A DNA stretch of 64,000 bases from the NCBI GenBank assembly GCA_951406725.2, contig OX597819.1, forward strand, positions 10,850,001 through 10,914,000, read 5' to 3'. The stretch comes from Octopus vulgaris. Taxonomy: Eukaryota. Of the stretch, positions 1-14,353 are shown piece after piece. Below the pieces are notes generated by a model that was given only the letters and a program-made list of their open reading frames with translations, was not told where the DNA came from and did not search any database. The position numbers and the translations under genes were made by a program. Within the stretch, counting starts at the first letter, position 1, and the number at the start of each line of letters is the position of its first letter.

Positions 1-182
1 ATTAACTATGTGGATGCTAAAAGGAAGGTGTAGAAATGGTATTGGAATATCTGTAATTTAATTAAGGATAGTAGCTATATAATTAAAACAAAATAGCTAT
101 AACCAAGAAGTGAATACATTTGTTTCATGAGGCTTGTCTCTACTTTTAAACTAGATGCAATTAAATAAGCATACTCTCTCTC

Positions 183-576
183 TCTTTTTACTCTTTTACT
201 TGTTTCAGTCATTTGACTGCGGCCATGCTGGAGCAGCGCCTTTAGTCGAGCAAATCGACCCCGGGACTTATTCTTTGTAAGCCCAGTACTTATTCTATCG
301 GTCTCTTTTGCCGAACCGGCTAAGTGACGGGGACATAAACACACCAGCATCGGTTGTCAAGCAATGCTAGGGGGACAAACACACACACACACAAACACAC
401 ATATATACATATATATACATATATACGACAGGCTTCTTTCAGTTTCCGTCTACCAAATCCACTCACAAGGCATTGGTCGGCCCGGGGCTATAGCAGAAGA
501 TGCCACGCAGTGGGACTGAACCCAGAACCATGTGGTTGGTTAGCAAGCTACTTACCACACAGCCACTCCTGCGCCT
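183..576 (-). mobile_element. SINE-A: tRNA-derived, CORE-like SINE with internal (TA)n(TG)n
   Basis: Reverse complement of AGGCGCAGGAGTGGCTGTGTGGTAAG...GGTTCAGTCCC (A/B boxes), internal microsatellite and (GAGTAAAA)n tail; many near-identical copies in the window. Confidence 0.9.
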
Positions 577-768
577 ATCAATTTTATTATATATCTATTT
601 TATTATAAAATAAAGTACCAGTTGAGTACTGGGAAGTAGAGGGGTAACATAATTTACTATACCTTCACCCACAAAATGTGACCTTTTGTCTATGTAAGAA
701 ATCAATGTATTAACTTGACCTAAACATATTTGAAAGCATGTGAATGTCCATATATATATATATGAAAT

Positions 769-1170
769 CTTTATCTTTTACTTGTTTCAGCCATTAGACT
801 GTGGCTACACTATGCTAAAGGGTCTTTAGTTGAGCAAATCAACTCCAAGACTTTTTCTTTTAAGCCTAGTACTTATTCAGTCTGTTTTTCCAAAGTTATA
901 GGTGTCACAAACACACCAACACTGGTTGTCAAGCAGTGTTGGGGGGAAAACACAGAGAGATACACACACATAGATATATAGATATCTATATATATGTATA
1001 GATATATATTATAAGCTTCTTTCAGTTTCCATCTACCAAATTTACTCACAAGGTTGTGGTTGGCTCGAGGCTATAGTAGAAAACACTTGCCCAAGCTGCC
1101 ACACAGTGAGACTAAACCCAGAACCATGTGGTTGGGAAGCAAGCTACTTACCACACAGACATGCCTGTGT
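769..1170 (-). mobile_element. SINE-A, diverged copy
   Basis: Colinear with the 183-576 copy but with many substitutions. Confidence 0.8.
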
Positions 1171-2354
1171 CTAACATATACATACATTCACATATGCACC
1201 TTTTGTTTTTCAGATATAAAATTCTATGAAAAAAAAATAAAAAGCAATCATAAACTGAAATTTGGGATTTAAGATAACAATATAAAGGACTGCACAAAGA
1301 CTTTTAGACATTCTCAAAAAGTCAAAAAGTTAAAACACAGAATTAAAGTAAATAGGATAAAGGAAAATTTCTTCAGAATTTCAACCCAATCTTCTAGAAA
1401 AAGAGCTAAGTTAGAATTTTTTTAGGATTTAATTTATACTATTTTCATTCCACATTTTATATTTTCTAACAATAACAGATATTATTATTTATTTATTTAT
1501 TCAATTTATTTATTTCAGGTCACAGAGAAATTAGCAAATCTACCAAAATTGTTTCTATGGAAACAAATCGACTTGAGTTATGTTAGATGCACCCAGTTTA
1601 CAAAAGCTAAACAAAATACAACTCATTGAACAATAAATACAAGCTGCTTATTTCGTTTGCAAACATTTCTGTTATTTACTTCACTGTTATTCTACTGGAA
1701 ATGAATATTATATTGAGCAAGACAACAGTTTTGTTGATGCCATTAAAGGTCAGATATGTAATGTCAAACATTAACATTATATAACAAATAGTGTAGACTC
1801 ATTCAAATTAATAAGTCAAGTAAGAACATCATCCTTCCACGAAGGAAATTTTTTTTTCATTTTGCTAAAAAACATCCATGATTTTAATCAATTTGAGAAT
1901 AATTAAAACCAAAATTTTTGTTTTTGCTTTACTTTTCATAGTACAAGACCACAAATACTAAATGTCATAAAATATTTACATGAATAAGGATTCCAATGGT
2001 TCTGTACTAAAAATCAGTAGTTCACTTCTTGTTATTGCAAGCACTAGGTAATAATAAAAACATACTACATGACTTACCAACCCAACTGGAAAATAGACAC
2101 TACTCCTATTTCACAGTTGAGTAGTTAATGCTAGGAAAGGAACCTGATTGTGAAACATTGATTCTCATAATTGAGGAAAATGATTTGAATTTCAGTGACA
2201 TCGAAATCATGCTACAATAGTGAAAACTGAAGAAATAGAATTGAGAAAATCAACTAAATGAAGAAATAAAAATCATGACTCAGAACTAAGTTTTGATAAG
2301 AGATAAAATTAAAGCATTAATGTAAACAAAGTGCAGCACAGAAACTGAGATATG

Positions 2355-2767
2355 CTCTTTTACTCTTTTACTTGTTTCAGTCATTTGACTGCGGCCATGC
2401 TGGAGCACCGCCTTTAGTCGAGCAAATCGACCCCGGGACTTATTCTTTGTAAGCCCAGTACTTATTCTATTGGTCTCTTTTTGCCGAACCGCTAAGTGAC
2501 GAGGATGTAAACACACCAGCATCAGTTGCCAAGCAATGTTGGGGGGGGGGGGACAAACACAGACACACAAACACACACACATATATATATATATACATAT
2601 ATACAACAGGCTTCTTTCAGTTTCCGTCTACCAAATCCACTCACAAGGCATTGGTCGGCCCGGGGCTATAGCAGAAGACACTTGCCCAAGATGCCACGCA
2701 GTGGGACTGAACCCGGAACCATGTGGTTGGTTAGCAAGCTACTTACCACACAGCCACTCCTGCGCCT
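2355..2767 (-). mobile_element. SINE-A, full length
   Basis: Near-identical to the other copies. Confidence 0.9.
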
Positions 2768-3207
2768 ATACTATTGTTTTTATGAAAATATTGGCATCAA
2801 AATAGCCTATTCTTCCCACAGTTTAGAAATTCTAAAGCATATATCCTATGGACATGTATAATCAATAATTAGTGCTTACAACTAACTGCCTTTCTTGTAA
2901 TGGACATCTACTTGCCAACATTTGGCTAAAAGTTTTATGTCTTGCTAATTGATAGAAAGGAGAGATGAAATGTAGTCAGCAATGTGGATATAAACAGATA
3001 GTAATTTTCATAAATCTGCTGCTCCTTTCTAATTTATTTTTCCTTGGTGTTGGCCAGTCACATGTTTAACTAGATTTACTGAGTTTCAGAAGGAAAAGAT
3101 TCTCAGCACTGACAAGAAATAATAAGATACAGAGATTAGGCATTCCATATAAACAAAATACAAAAATAAAACTAGTAAACAATATAACCACCCATAAAAT
3201 AAGTGCA

Positions 3208-3810
3208 GGTAGGGCTGTGTGCTTGAAAGCTTGTTTCCCAACTACATGCCACCTTGGCTGGCTTCCGTGCCAGTGGCACGTTAAAAGCACCAACCAATTG
3301 TGGCGCCAGACCCTCCCCCCCCCCGGCACCTGTGCAGGTGGCACGTAAAAAGCACCCACTACACTCGCGGAGTGGTTGGCGTTAGGAAGGGCATCCAGCT
3401 GTAGAAACACTGCCAGATCAGACTGGAGCCTGGTGCAGCCCTGGCTTCCCAGACCCCGGTCGAACCGTCCAACCCGTGTTAGCGTGGAAAACAGACGTTA
3501 AACAATGATGATGCTACCTTGAGCAAGTGTCTTCAACAAAGCCTTATGTTTGTGTGTGTGTGTGTGTTAGTGTCTCCTTGTCTTCACATCATGTGATAGC
3601 TGTAAATAAGCATTGTCTTTTATATACAAGCATCGTCTTTTATTTCCATTCATTCATGAAACCATGTCCAGCCAGGGAGAAATATTACCTTACTTATAAA
3701 TAACTGAGGGTTGAAACAGGAAAGGCATCCAGCCATAGAAAATCTTTTTCAATGAATTCAAGCTGACCCATGCAAGCACAGAAAAGTTTATGTTGAAACA
3801 ATGATGATTA
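3208..3810 (+). mobile_element. Old CORE-like SINE with RTE-type tail, interrupted by an RTE 3' fragment
   Basis: Head GGGCTGTGTG..., CCTTGAGCAAGTGTCTTC core, and tail AGGAAAGGCATCCAGCCATAGAAAA...CCCATGCAAGCA...ATGATGAT resembling the RTE 3' end. A similar degenerate copy lies at about 44777-45200. Confidence 0.6.
3257..3513 (+). mobile_element. 5'-truncated RTE 3' end (minisatellite plus (GAT)n tail)
   Basis: GGTGGCACGTAAAAAGCACC units, GTTGGCGTTAGGAAGGGCATCCAGC, (GAT)n tail; flanked by TSD-like ATGCCACCTT / ATGCTACCTT. Confidence 0.8.
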
Positions 3811-5149
3811 TGAAAATAATAGCACACGTGTGCGTGTGTGTGTGTGTGTTAAAACAAGGCTGAGAAAATCTGTATCAAATATCTACAGGCACATAAATAA
3901 TCTAAGAGAGTTTGTGTAGTTCTTGCACTAAAGCAGAGAGGAACTTAATTACTTTAAAAGGGTAATCCATTGGCAGTCAAATCCACATATTATCTTTAGG
4001 AATAGAGTCAGATTCAAAATATATACGGTTTCTTATACTGAATAAATTAAATCTTGTGTTTTATAAATTGTTGCATACTTTGTCTCATGTAGAAAAATAG
4101 CACATGAAATCATTAGTATATATCAAAACTGACAAACACAGACTGTACACATTTTAAGTATGCTTTGGCATTGTTTCAACAATTGAATGTCTTTCCTAAC
4201 ATCAACTATTTTACAGTGTGCATAGAGTACATTTTTCCTGACACCAGCACCAGTGAGATTGCCAAGTAGCTTGCAAGACAAGAAAAGAAAGAACCTCCTT
4301 GACTGAGTGGGAGTGTATTTAATAGAGTGGGTAGACAGCTTTATAGAAGGTGTTGAAAGGCTAAAGTATGAGTGAGGAACAAATACAAGTTACTTATTAT
4401 AGAGGAGATACATTTTTACTCTACATTATACAAGGGTGGGTAGCTGGAAAGAAAATAAAGATGATGGTGATGAGATATTCTCAAAATATATGAAGGTGTG
4501 TGTATGAAAGAATATAGACAGTGGATCAGTGGTGAAGCAGAGAGCAGAAAATTTCATTAAAGTGTTAGAAGATAGTTACAGATGGTTAGAGAAAAGTGCA
4601 GAGGGAACAGTTGTGAGTAATGACCAAGGGTAGAGGTGTGGTTGATGGTAAATATTAGTTTGGAAGTGGGGAAGGTGAGACAGATAGAAGTGGCTCAAAA
4701 AGAAGAGATGACAAGCAGCAACACAAAAGGTGTGGAGAGCAGCTGCATCATAAATCTGCACATAGAGCAGAAAGCAAGGAGATGATGATGTGTATGGTGT
4801 GACACAGATGGGGATCTGACAAAGTTGGGGGAGCATCAATGATAGATATAAGAGAGTGATGAGGTATGGCAGACCTAAGATGAAGCCAAGAAGAGAGGGA
4901 GAGATAACTGAAGGCACAGAAAGAGAACGTTCAAAGGAAAATAGTGAGGGAAGGGATAATGATGCAAGTGATGGATAGATGTTAATAGGAAGTGGTTCCA
5001 GGGAGAGAAGGATGTAACTGGTAGTATAAAAAGGGAGATGAAATACATACTAATTCTGTCCTCAAATGCTTACAGCAGCTAAATAGTGCCATAATAGAAG
5101 AGTGATGGGAGGATGGGAATTAAGAAGATGAGATGTGGAGAATGCTGAT

Positions 5150-5690
5150 CCCTGGGAGATCAGCCTTCACTACTTTGTTCCATGTCTTCCAAGATCTACC
5201 TCTTTCATGAGTTCCATCAACTTCTTTATACAGTTGTTCTCATCCATATGCATCAATTGCCCAAATCAATGCAGTCTTTTCTCTTGCACTCTAATATTTG
5301 TTTCTTCTTAAGCCCAGTTTTTCTCTCAACACATTTGTATTTTGTCATTCATGCATTCTGGTGTTGCACATCCAGCAAAACATACAAGCTTCATTCCTAG
5401 AAAGTCTTCACATGTCCTTAGCATTCAGAGCTTAAATCTTATTACCATATGGCAATGCTGTTCATATACAAGCATCATACAATCCACCTTTCACTCTGAG
5501 AGACAGGCCTTTTGTAACCAACAGAATTAATAGCTCTCTGAACTTTCTCCACCTTTTTCTTATTCTAGCAACTATATTTTCAGACTATCCTTCTCCACTG
5601 CTAATTAAGTCACCTAAATAACAGAAACTATCTACTACCTCTAGGGAGACTCCTGGGCATTTGAGAAAATCTTTTTCCTGTATGTCCTTT
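5150..5690 (-). pseudogene. Decayed RTE LINE ORF fragment
   Basis: SLEVVDSFCYLGDLISSGEG matches KLEVVDSFRYLGDQVSSGGG of the RTE at 18.7 kb. Confidence 0.75.
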
Positions 5691-5968
5691 GTGTGTCCTT
5701 CTTGTGCATGTGTGTGTGTGCATGCATGCAGGCACACAAGAGCATCCTTGTTAAAGCGTGTCATGCTGTGGGGGTGCATCACTCAGTCACAGTATTTGAT
5801 TAAAAAAGAAACTACTTCCATTTGATCAAATAACTTCAATATTGATTATTAAAATTGACACAAGATCCATTTACTCATTTATGTATGTATGTATGTATGT
5901 TTGTGTATACATGTATGCATACATATGCATGTGTATACATATATGTATATGTATGTACATATACATAC

Positions 5969-6375
5969 AGGCGCAGGAGTGGCTGTGTGGTAAGTGGCTT
6001 GTTTACCAACCACATGGTTCCGGGTTCAGTCCCACTGCGTGGCACCTTGGGCAAGTGTCTTCTGCTATAGCCCCGGGCCGACCAATGCCTTGTGAGTGGA
6101 TTTGGTAGACGGAAACTGAAAGAAGCCCGTCGTATATATGTATATATATGTATGTGTGTGTGTGTTTGTGTGTCTGTGTTTGTCCCCCTAGCATTGCTTG
6201 ACAACCGATGCTGGTGTGTTTATGTCCCCGTCACTTAGCGGTTCGGCAAAAGAGACCGATAGAATAAGTACTGGGCTTACAAAGAATAAGTCCCGGGGTC
6301 GATTTGCTCGATTAAAGGCGGTGCACCAGCATGGCCGCAGTCAAAATGACTGAAAAAAAAGAAAAAGAAAAAGAA
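5969..6375 (+). mobile_element. SINE-A, full length
   Basis: Intact head, core, microsatellite and tail. Confidence 0.9.
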
Positions 6376-6499
6376 TACATATGTGCACATGTGGCTTGCA
6401 TGGCTCTCATATGTATAAGTATACACATATGGAGCAAAACTCAGATTAACACAAGCTCAAATAGCACATACTGTATAATCAGAAACTAAAGCCTGAGAA

Positions 6500-7625
6500 T
6501 TATGAGTTATGGGCTGATGCTGAGAATGTGGAAATATTTTCCAACAACATGTGTAAAATTGTCCTGCTGTGTTTTACATTTTCAAACACAAACTTAAGCA
6601 CTCAAAGTTTGGCTTCTGAGTGCCATGCAAGCTATGTACAGAGAAAGTTAATGAGTTCAGTAAAGAATTTAGTGTGAAGGTAGGTTTCCATCAAGACTTG
6701 GTACCCATCTAGTTTATTATATTTCTTCATGCCATAACAGAGGAGTCTAGTATTGAAAGCTTCCACGTAACAATAATCTAATTCTCATTGCTGGATCTAC
6801 TGAAAAATTAAGGAAGAAATTTCAAGCACAGAAGCAAAGTAGACTACACAAAAATTTTAGCAGGAAAGAAAAGAGGACTCCACTGTTCCCAATAAACTGG
6901 CCATATAAGGTATGCAGAAATGGAATATATGTGAATACCATACACTTAGCTCAGTGTGAAGTACAGATGCAGGAGAGACGCAATAAAATTACAGGTAGTC
7001 CCACAAAGATTTCATATGAAACAAATGGACATAAATAATTAGCAGTGAGACCAATCATAGAATAGATTCTTTTAAATGCTGGAAGAGCTCCCTAAAAGTA
7101 GTTGACAGCTTCTTCTATTAGCAATTGAGGGTTCCAAAAGCTTAGTAACTTGAGTAAGACAGGATGGTAAAAATGTGATAAACTATTACACCTGCTGGAA
7201 ACGAAAAGAGTCTCTCTGAGTGAAAAGCACATTGTGTGATACCTGTATAAGCAATATGATGTTGCAAAGTAGCAAATATTCTCTGGTCAATGTGTAATAT
7301 TCATGTAGATGAACAGCAAAGCACAATCAATGGAGAGCAAAACTGAATATAAGAGGAATCATATGTAGTGAGCAAGAGAAGTGTGTGCAAGTACAGATAT
7401 GCAATGCATGTAATGGATAACCATTGGATAATGAAGTGTTAAGTAATCCACATGAAATAAGCCTGCAAAAAAGGAAAACCAAAGACAGGAAGAAATGGTG
7501 AAAGCTGACTCAGGAGACTGAACCTTGAAGAGGACAGCAATATATGATGAGATGCTTTATGAGAAAACACCTGTCCAATTCATGCAAATATGGAAAAACA
7601 GACAGAAAATGATGATGATGATGAA
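6500..7625 (+). pseudogene. Highly decayed RTE LINE (RT to 3' tail)
   Basis: Degenerate similarity to 18.2-19 kb (GCAAGCTATGTACAG, GTAGGTTTCCATCAAG, GTAGTTGACAGCTTC); ends in CATGCAAATATGGAAAA...(GAT)n. Confidence 0.6.
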
Positions 7626-7699
7626 TGGTGAATGGTGATATTTCATTAAATTTTTTTAAGTTCAAAAAGTACATTTTTATTTATATTGAATATACTTTT

Positions 7700-7721
7700 G
7701 AAACAGAGAGAGAGAGAGAGA

Positions 7722-7762
<41 letters not shown>

Positions 7763-8210
7763 AGACAAATATGAAACAAATGAATAACAAAGTGAGAAAA
7801 ATAGTATGAAAGAGATGAAATGAAAATGAAAAAGCAGAAAACTAAGAAAGAATAAAGAAAGATAGAGAAAAGAATAAGAGAGAGAAAAGATGAGAGAAAG
7901 GAATACAAAGAATACGACAAGAGACAGAAAGAGCAAAGGGGAAAAGAGTGAGAGATGGAGCAAAAGAGAGGTGGGAAGAGAAGGGGGCCGGTGAAAGGTG
8001 GAGGGGTGATAAACAGTGGAAGGGGCACCCCCCCGAAGAAGAGTAAGGAGTGGTAACAGGAAAAGTGAATGGTAAAGGGAGAGTGAAGATAGGAAAAGGA
8101 GTTATGAGAGAGAAAGGAGCAAAAGATAGGAGTGAATGAAAAAAGCAGGAAGAAAGACAGGAAGATAGAGAGAGAAAGTGAAAGGAGGAATAAGTATCTA
8201 GAAGGGAAAA
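7700..8210 (+). repeat. Purine-rich low-complexity tract, (GA)n/(GAA)n
   Basis: About 500 bp, strongly A/G-biased on the + strand. Confidence 0.85.
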
Positions 8211-10110
8211 AGTAGATTGGTTTTAAATTTTACATAGAAAACGTGGTGTTTAATCATCCAGAATTGTCCAGCAATGTGGATGTCAGTTGTACGTATTATT
8301 TGATGAAGAATTTTAACATTCACTGCACACCAAACAACATGAAGAGATCAAAGTGATGCTGAAAAGCTAGCACTGTGACAAACTAATAGACAAGGTTTTT
8401 CAAGTCATACAGTGTCCAGATGGTTCTAGCAGATAAATTAAACTGGTTGATAAAGTAGGATAGTTGATGCTGAGTTTAACAGCTGAAATTCCTGCAAAAC
8501 CAACATCAGGAAGTAGAAAAAAACCCAAAAGAACCCAGGTCAAATTATCAAAGTTGTGTGTGTGTGAAATTCTATAGAAATATTTCTTCACTTTCAATTT
8601 ATGAATTGTGTGCAGAAAATAGTGGCCTACCATAGAAAGACAATTATTTCAATAGAAACACACACACACACACAAAAATAAGAGACAACCTCTCCTCCCA
8701 AATAATAGCCTAGCATATTTATCATGTTCTTATTAATTGATAAACCATATGTAAATATTGAATTTTGTTTATTCTCATTTTCCAAGCATGAAGCTAAATT
8801 TGCACAAGAGAAAATTACTCCAGTGAATAACTGCTATTTTATTGACTCCTGTAGGGTTTGAAGGACTAGCCAAAAGTGCTAAGATTTCCAACAACTTTTG
8901 TAAATATTTGTAAATATTCTTAGAAATTTTATTCCATGCATTATTTTATAAAATGTATTTTCTCTATCCATCCAAATGTTCATTTTTTTTTTTTTAATAT
9001 TTGTTTCAGATACTAACTACACTAACTAATTATCCTTGCTAAGTGCAGACTGAGTACACTGTGCTTGAAAAAAAAAAACTGAATGGATGGTAACAGTTGG
9101 GAATCCTATGACCTTAGGTTTTCAAGATCAGGAATGAATTGAGGCTAAACAAAAACTCAAATGCTTCTCATCCCTTACCTCTTGCTTTTGTTTCTACAGT
9201 ACAAGAACAGGTAAACAGCACCAAGCTATTATTTCACATTGTTTCATCTATTAAGTAGTGCTAGAAACTTGGTACCTTCAGGCAAAAATATACAAAGACT
9301 TTTGACTATACCCCCAGTTGCTTACTTGTATAAATCATATATCATTCTAGTTATTGTTTTTAGCTCATTTTCAATTATAAAACAAAAAGAAAATACAAAG
9401 TCCTAGAGGAAGGCTGTCAGCATCAGCAAAAATCATTTAATAGTTTCATAAACATATTCTGAATGAAATACACTTATCTCAGTCTTTCGGCTAAATTTCA
9501 CAATAATCAAGAATCAGTGAGGGAGATTAAATAAATTAACAATTATTTAGCTACTACTCTGAAAAAAACAAAAAATCTGGAACTTATTTTATCAATCTTT
9601 AAATGCCAAACGGCTAAGTTATTGGACACAAATAAATAAAAACATTAATGTAAACCCCCCCCCCACAATAGGTTTCCACACAGTTTTCATCTACCAAATT
9701 CACAAGGCATTGGTTGATTTGAGACTATAGAAGACTTGCCCAAGGTGCCATGCACTTGAAGCCACATGAATGCAAAGGAAACTTCTTAATCAGAGTGGCA
9801 TACCTGCACCTATGAACATTTCATAACAGGAGGTTATGTATTAGAGATCTAGAAGTAGTTTCAGGTAGGTTGATATGAAAAGGGCTTATAAATTTGGATA
9901 AGTTTGCATGCTGAGTGGAGTTAAGAGCAGTGATGCTCTAAGCAAAGGTTTTCTTTGAGAGACATAGCATAAATGTTTGGGACAGCACTGAGCAAATAGA
10001 ATAATTTATAATGATTATTTTCGCTCAGTGTTATCAAACATTAAAAATTTTTGTTTTCAAAGAAGAAATGATTTTGTTCAAGATGTTAGTACTCATGTTC
10101 CTTAGAGTAT

Positions 10111-10520
10111 ACTCTTTTACTTGTTTCAGTCATTTGACTGCGGCCATGCTGGTGCACCACCTTTAGTCAAGCAAATCGACCCCGGAACTTATTCTTTGTA
10201 AGCCCAGTACTTATTCTATCGGTCTCTTTTGCCGAACCGCTAAGTGACGGGGACGTAAACACACCAGCATCGGTTGTCAGGCAATGCTAGGGGGGACAAA
10301 CACAGACACCCAAACACACACACGCATATATATATATATATATATATACATATATACGACAGGCTTCTTTCAGTTTCCGTCTACCAAATCCACTCACAAG
10401 GCATTGGTCGGCCCGGGGCTATAGCAGAAGACACTTGCCCAAGATGCCACGCAGTGGGACTGAACCCGGAACCATGTGGTTGGTTAGCAAGCTACTTACC
10501 ACACAGCCACTCCTGCGCCT
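10111..10520 (-). mobile_element. SINE-A, full length
   Basis: Near-identical to the other copies. Confidence 0.9.
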
Positions 10521-13039
10521 ATATATGTACTTATTCAGATTAGTGAACCTATGAAATGCAATGCTGCAAAAAAGAAAGAAAGAGAGAGAGAGAGAGCTTC
10601 ATGAGTCAGCAAAAGATCCTGTGTCTATCAAGTTGAGCTATCTCTTGACTTGAGTGATCACACAATTTGTTAGACATAGCAAATGTCTGTCAAATCACAC
10701 CCCATCATCTTAGAAAGGAAAAACACATTGGATAATATAGGCTTAGTTACATTATAGCTAGAATGTCAACAATATCTGTCTTTCGATTCAATTGTGCCAA
10801 TAAGTCCTAATAATTCCCCTTCAAACCTTCTGTTTATATTTTGGCCCCACAGAGTAAAATTAGACTTTCTTTTGTAATATGAAAGAAATATTGCAAGTGA
10901 GAGGTATCAATCATATCATTTGCACAAAAAAAGAAGAAAAAATAGAATAAAGGTTTTACAAAGTTACTAATTAGTAAGGTCTGCACCTAACAAGCAAATT
11001 ATTGACTTGATATAAGGTTTTTAACTGCATCTCGTAATTAACAAACATTGGGTGTGCAATTATTAGGATTGAAGCAATGCCATATTACACATGTCCTATT
11101 GGCATCATTAACATTTCTCTAATATAATTGGACTAGTCTTCATGTACGAGACTGAAAATTCACAGCTAGAAAACTAGAAAATGCAACAAATATGATGTAA
11201 CAGATGTAAGACTCACAATTGGTAACAGCTAACGAGTCGGCAGAAACAACAGGGTGTCAGATTAAACATTTCAAAGTATCTCTAGTGCCAACATAAAGAT
11301 CTGAATATCTGAATCAAAATCCTGTCTTTCATGATTTAGGAGTATATTACTGCTAATAAGTAGCAGTAATATAATGCAGTTCAGTTCAATACGTTGGATT
11401 GAAAAGAAACAATAAAAAATATGAACCTTGAAAATTCTCCCCCTTCTTTTAAAGTTAACTGCCAATGGATTTCAACATATCTATACCAAACATGTTTTCT
11501 TTCTATATACTTGTATACTTTGAACTGATCTATCAGCCCATCATTTTTGTACATGTAAAAGAAAGCAGGGTCTCTCAACTTTATCCCTTCTACATTAACT
11601 TGTCTACTGAGATTCAGATATTTTTTTTTACACAATTTTAACAACAGCATTATTATTTTTCTGTACAGTAAAAGTTGTTTAGACTTTTTTAGTGTAGAAG
11701 TTTCAATTGGTTTCACCTCTAAAATTACAGCAAAGTATCAAACAGGTTTCAAAATTTCTCTTGTTGAGCAGTAGCTTTAGAGACATCATTTTCTCTCCTA
11801 GTCTTTTAAAAATACAGGAGTGTGACCATCAGATTACCAAAAACAGATACTATAGGCAAAAAATATATCTTTAAGCAAAGAACTATGTTACAAAAATTTC
11901 TAAAATATATAATATGTAGAATAGTTTGCAAAGTTTCTTTGCTAAGTTATTTCTCACCTGTAGCAAAATGTTTTACAATATGATTATCAATGTAGTCTGG
12001 ATTTCCATTGTCAGAAGAAAAAGAAGATTATAAGTGTTTGTGTAATTCATAACTGAAAGAGAATCTACTAGACAGACACTTAGCTCACAAAATAGTCAAT
12101 TTGCAGCTGATGCTCAGAAAGTCTACAAATAAACAAATGTCAACAAATTTCAATGTTAACAAAGCAATGTGGGAGCCTCTATGTAATCATTTGACCTGCC
12201 AGAAATAGGAGCCAAAGTACCACCAAATCACATCCTATCACTTTAAAAAAAAATGGATACACTGGATAATGTAGTCCAAGATATACTGTGTCCAAAATAG
12301 AAATTATGGGTCATGTCTGGAATGATTTTGATCAGAGATGACCTGGGTCGAAATAACAATAACTTCAATGTCAAGGAAAAATAGTTTTTGTGAATGGCTG
12401 CATCAAAACACATATTGCTCATTACTCTACAGCAGATCATGTAGCTTCATGCCACCAATTATGCAGAAATAATAATTAAAAAATATAAAAATTGGTGTGA
12501 TGAAATGTCATGTGACAAAGCAACTTTGTTCTGGGAACCAACCTACAAAAACAGAAAATTACACCCCCAAAATAGAACGTTAATTACTGTTTTCATTTCG
12601 AGAACATACTTTAAAGTTCATTTAGCATAAACAAGACAACTGAAAGTTCATTTCTTCTGGTTTATGCAAAATTATACAGTAGTATTATTATGACTCCACC
12701 TAAATCAATATACTAACACTTTCCTTACTAAATCAACCCACAATACTCCATATTAAGTATCAGAACACTGCATCTACTGGACCTTTTTTCACAATATCTT
12801 TCATGCTATTCCACTGCTACCACTACCAAAATAAGCCAAGAAGGGAACTTCTATGTAGTTGCTTAACCAGATAAAAATAGCAGCCAAATGTCCCTCATAC
12901 CACATACCCCATTGATTTTTGTTTTTGTTTGTTAAAAGCAAGACACAGTGAATAATGAAATCTTAAAATTAAAAATGGAAAGGTCACAAGTGGAATTTCT
13001 TTAATCATAGGAAAATAGTCAAAGAAAATGTTAACCACA

Positions 13040-13185
13040 TAGCTGTATGGTAAGAAGTTTGTTCCAGGTTCAGTCCCTCTGCATGGCACCTTGGGTAAGT
13101 GTCTTCTACCATAGCCTTGGGCTGACCAAAGCCTTGTGAGTGGATTTGGTAAACAGAAACTGAAAGAAGCCTGTCATATATACAT
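13040..13185 (+). mobile_element. SINE-A 5' fragment
   Basis: GGTTCAGTCCC and GGCACCTTGGGTAAGTGTCTTC core. Confidence 0.75.
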
Positions 13186-13917
13186 ATTAGCTGATGTACT
13201 CGGTAACTCCTGGGAAACCGGGGCTTATCCCTTGGTTTTGTTCTCATAATTGTTTCACTAATCCAATAACAACAATACAAAATATGTAGCACTCAAAACA
13301 GTTTTTGTGCATTTACAGAGAATACTGAACTGTCTTACACAGGATATTCTTTTAAGAATTCTTAATAAGTTATGAATACCCAAACTGTGAAGTCAGTTAT
13401 GTAATAACATGAAATTAGTTACCCGATAGTAAGAATTCAAACGAAGTAGCCCCAAAAAGGGCTTTAATGCGTTCACAGAGTATACAGAACAAGGGAGGAA
13501 ATACTTATAAGGTATGTACACTAGAAACGTGAAGCATGTTACATAAAAACTGGCTTATCAGATATGAGATAATAACAATTCAAAGTAAATAACTCTGAAA
13601 AGGCTTTTGTGCGTTACCAGAGAATATTACCCTCAGGGGCATTAGAGATGGTATATTCGTGAATAAGTCACTAACCAAAATAAGTGGAACTATTGTTTAG
13701 GAAAATACTATTTACTTGTTTAAAGGTTGTACTGGATAAATTGTGAAAATAGCTAACAGTTCAAATACTAAGAAATAAGCATACTCCATTTCATTTTTAC
13801 CAAATAATTTAGGAAACTGAATGGGCTATTTCCCTTGGCTATACATAAAGATCTTTTCCAGGGGTGAATGGGTTGTTTCCCTTGGTTTTTAAAATAAAAT
13901 ATATTAGATTTATATAA

Positions 13918-14099
13918 GGATCCCTTCCAGGTACCCTATTAGTGATTCTTTTCAACAATCTAAGTATGCCATGAGGTTTCCAGACATTAGTCCTACTCAT
14001 GTGTCAGGTTTCATAAAAATCGATAAAACGATGTAGGAGGAGTTAGCTAACAACGCCACAAACACACCCACAGGCAGGATTTCCCACGTATGTAGTAGA
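13918..14099 (-). mobile_element. Possible non-autonomous Helitron-like 5' remnant
   Basis: Ends ...GTAGGAGGAGTTAG...CACA...GTAGTAGAT, a layout like the Helitron ends at 28.7 and 49.6 kb. Confidence 0.35.
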
Positions 14100-14312
14100 T
14101 TGGGTCATCCCATAGATAATGCAGCTTTTTATACATCTTTTATTGTTTCGAAATGAAGATATACAAAGTTCTTTTTTAATCTAAAATCCTTCATTTTTTA
14201 CAGTGCTCTTACATCTACCTGGCAGACTTGCAAAGCCCCTCTTCCAAAATTCACTTGTCTGTGATAAAAAATACTCCTCCAGTACTGCTCTGACCTCATC
14301 TACAGAATTCAT
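14100..14312 (-). mobile_element. Mariner transposase C-terminus plus terminal repeat
   Basis: NSVDEVRAVLEEYFLSQTSEFWKRGFASLPGRCKSTVKNEG is a typical mariner C-terminal helix; TTGGGTCATCCCATA terminus. Confidence 0.7.
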
Positions 14313-14353
14313 ATATGTATAATACACACACACACACACATACACATATACAT

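Noticed and set aside
1519-1637. Possible terminal exon (TTTCAG acceptor, short ORF, AATAAA)
   Set aside because: No homology is recognisable, and such signals are common in AT-rich DNA.
9200-9210. 11-nt microexon candidate
   Set aside because: It is frame-shifting and has no supporting context.
11381-11716. 111-aa minus-strand ORF containing LRDPAFFY
   Set aside because: Only a short coincidental motif; no recognisable domain and a weak donor site. An ORF of this length is plausible by chance.
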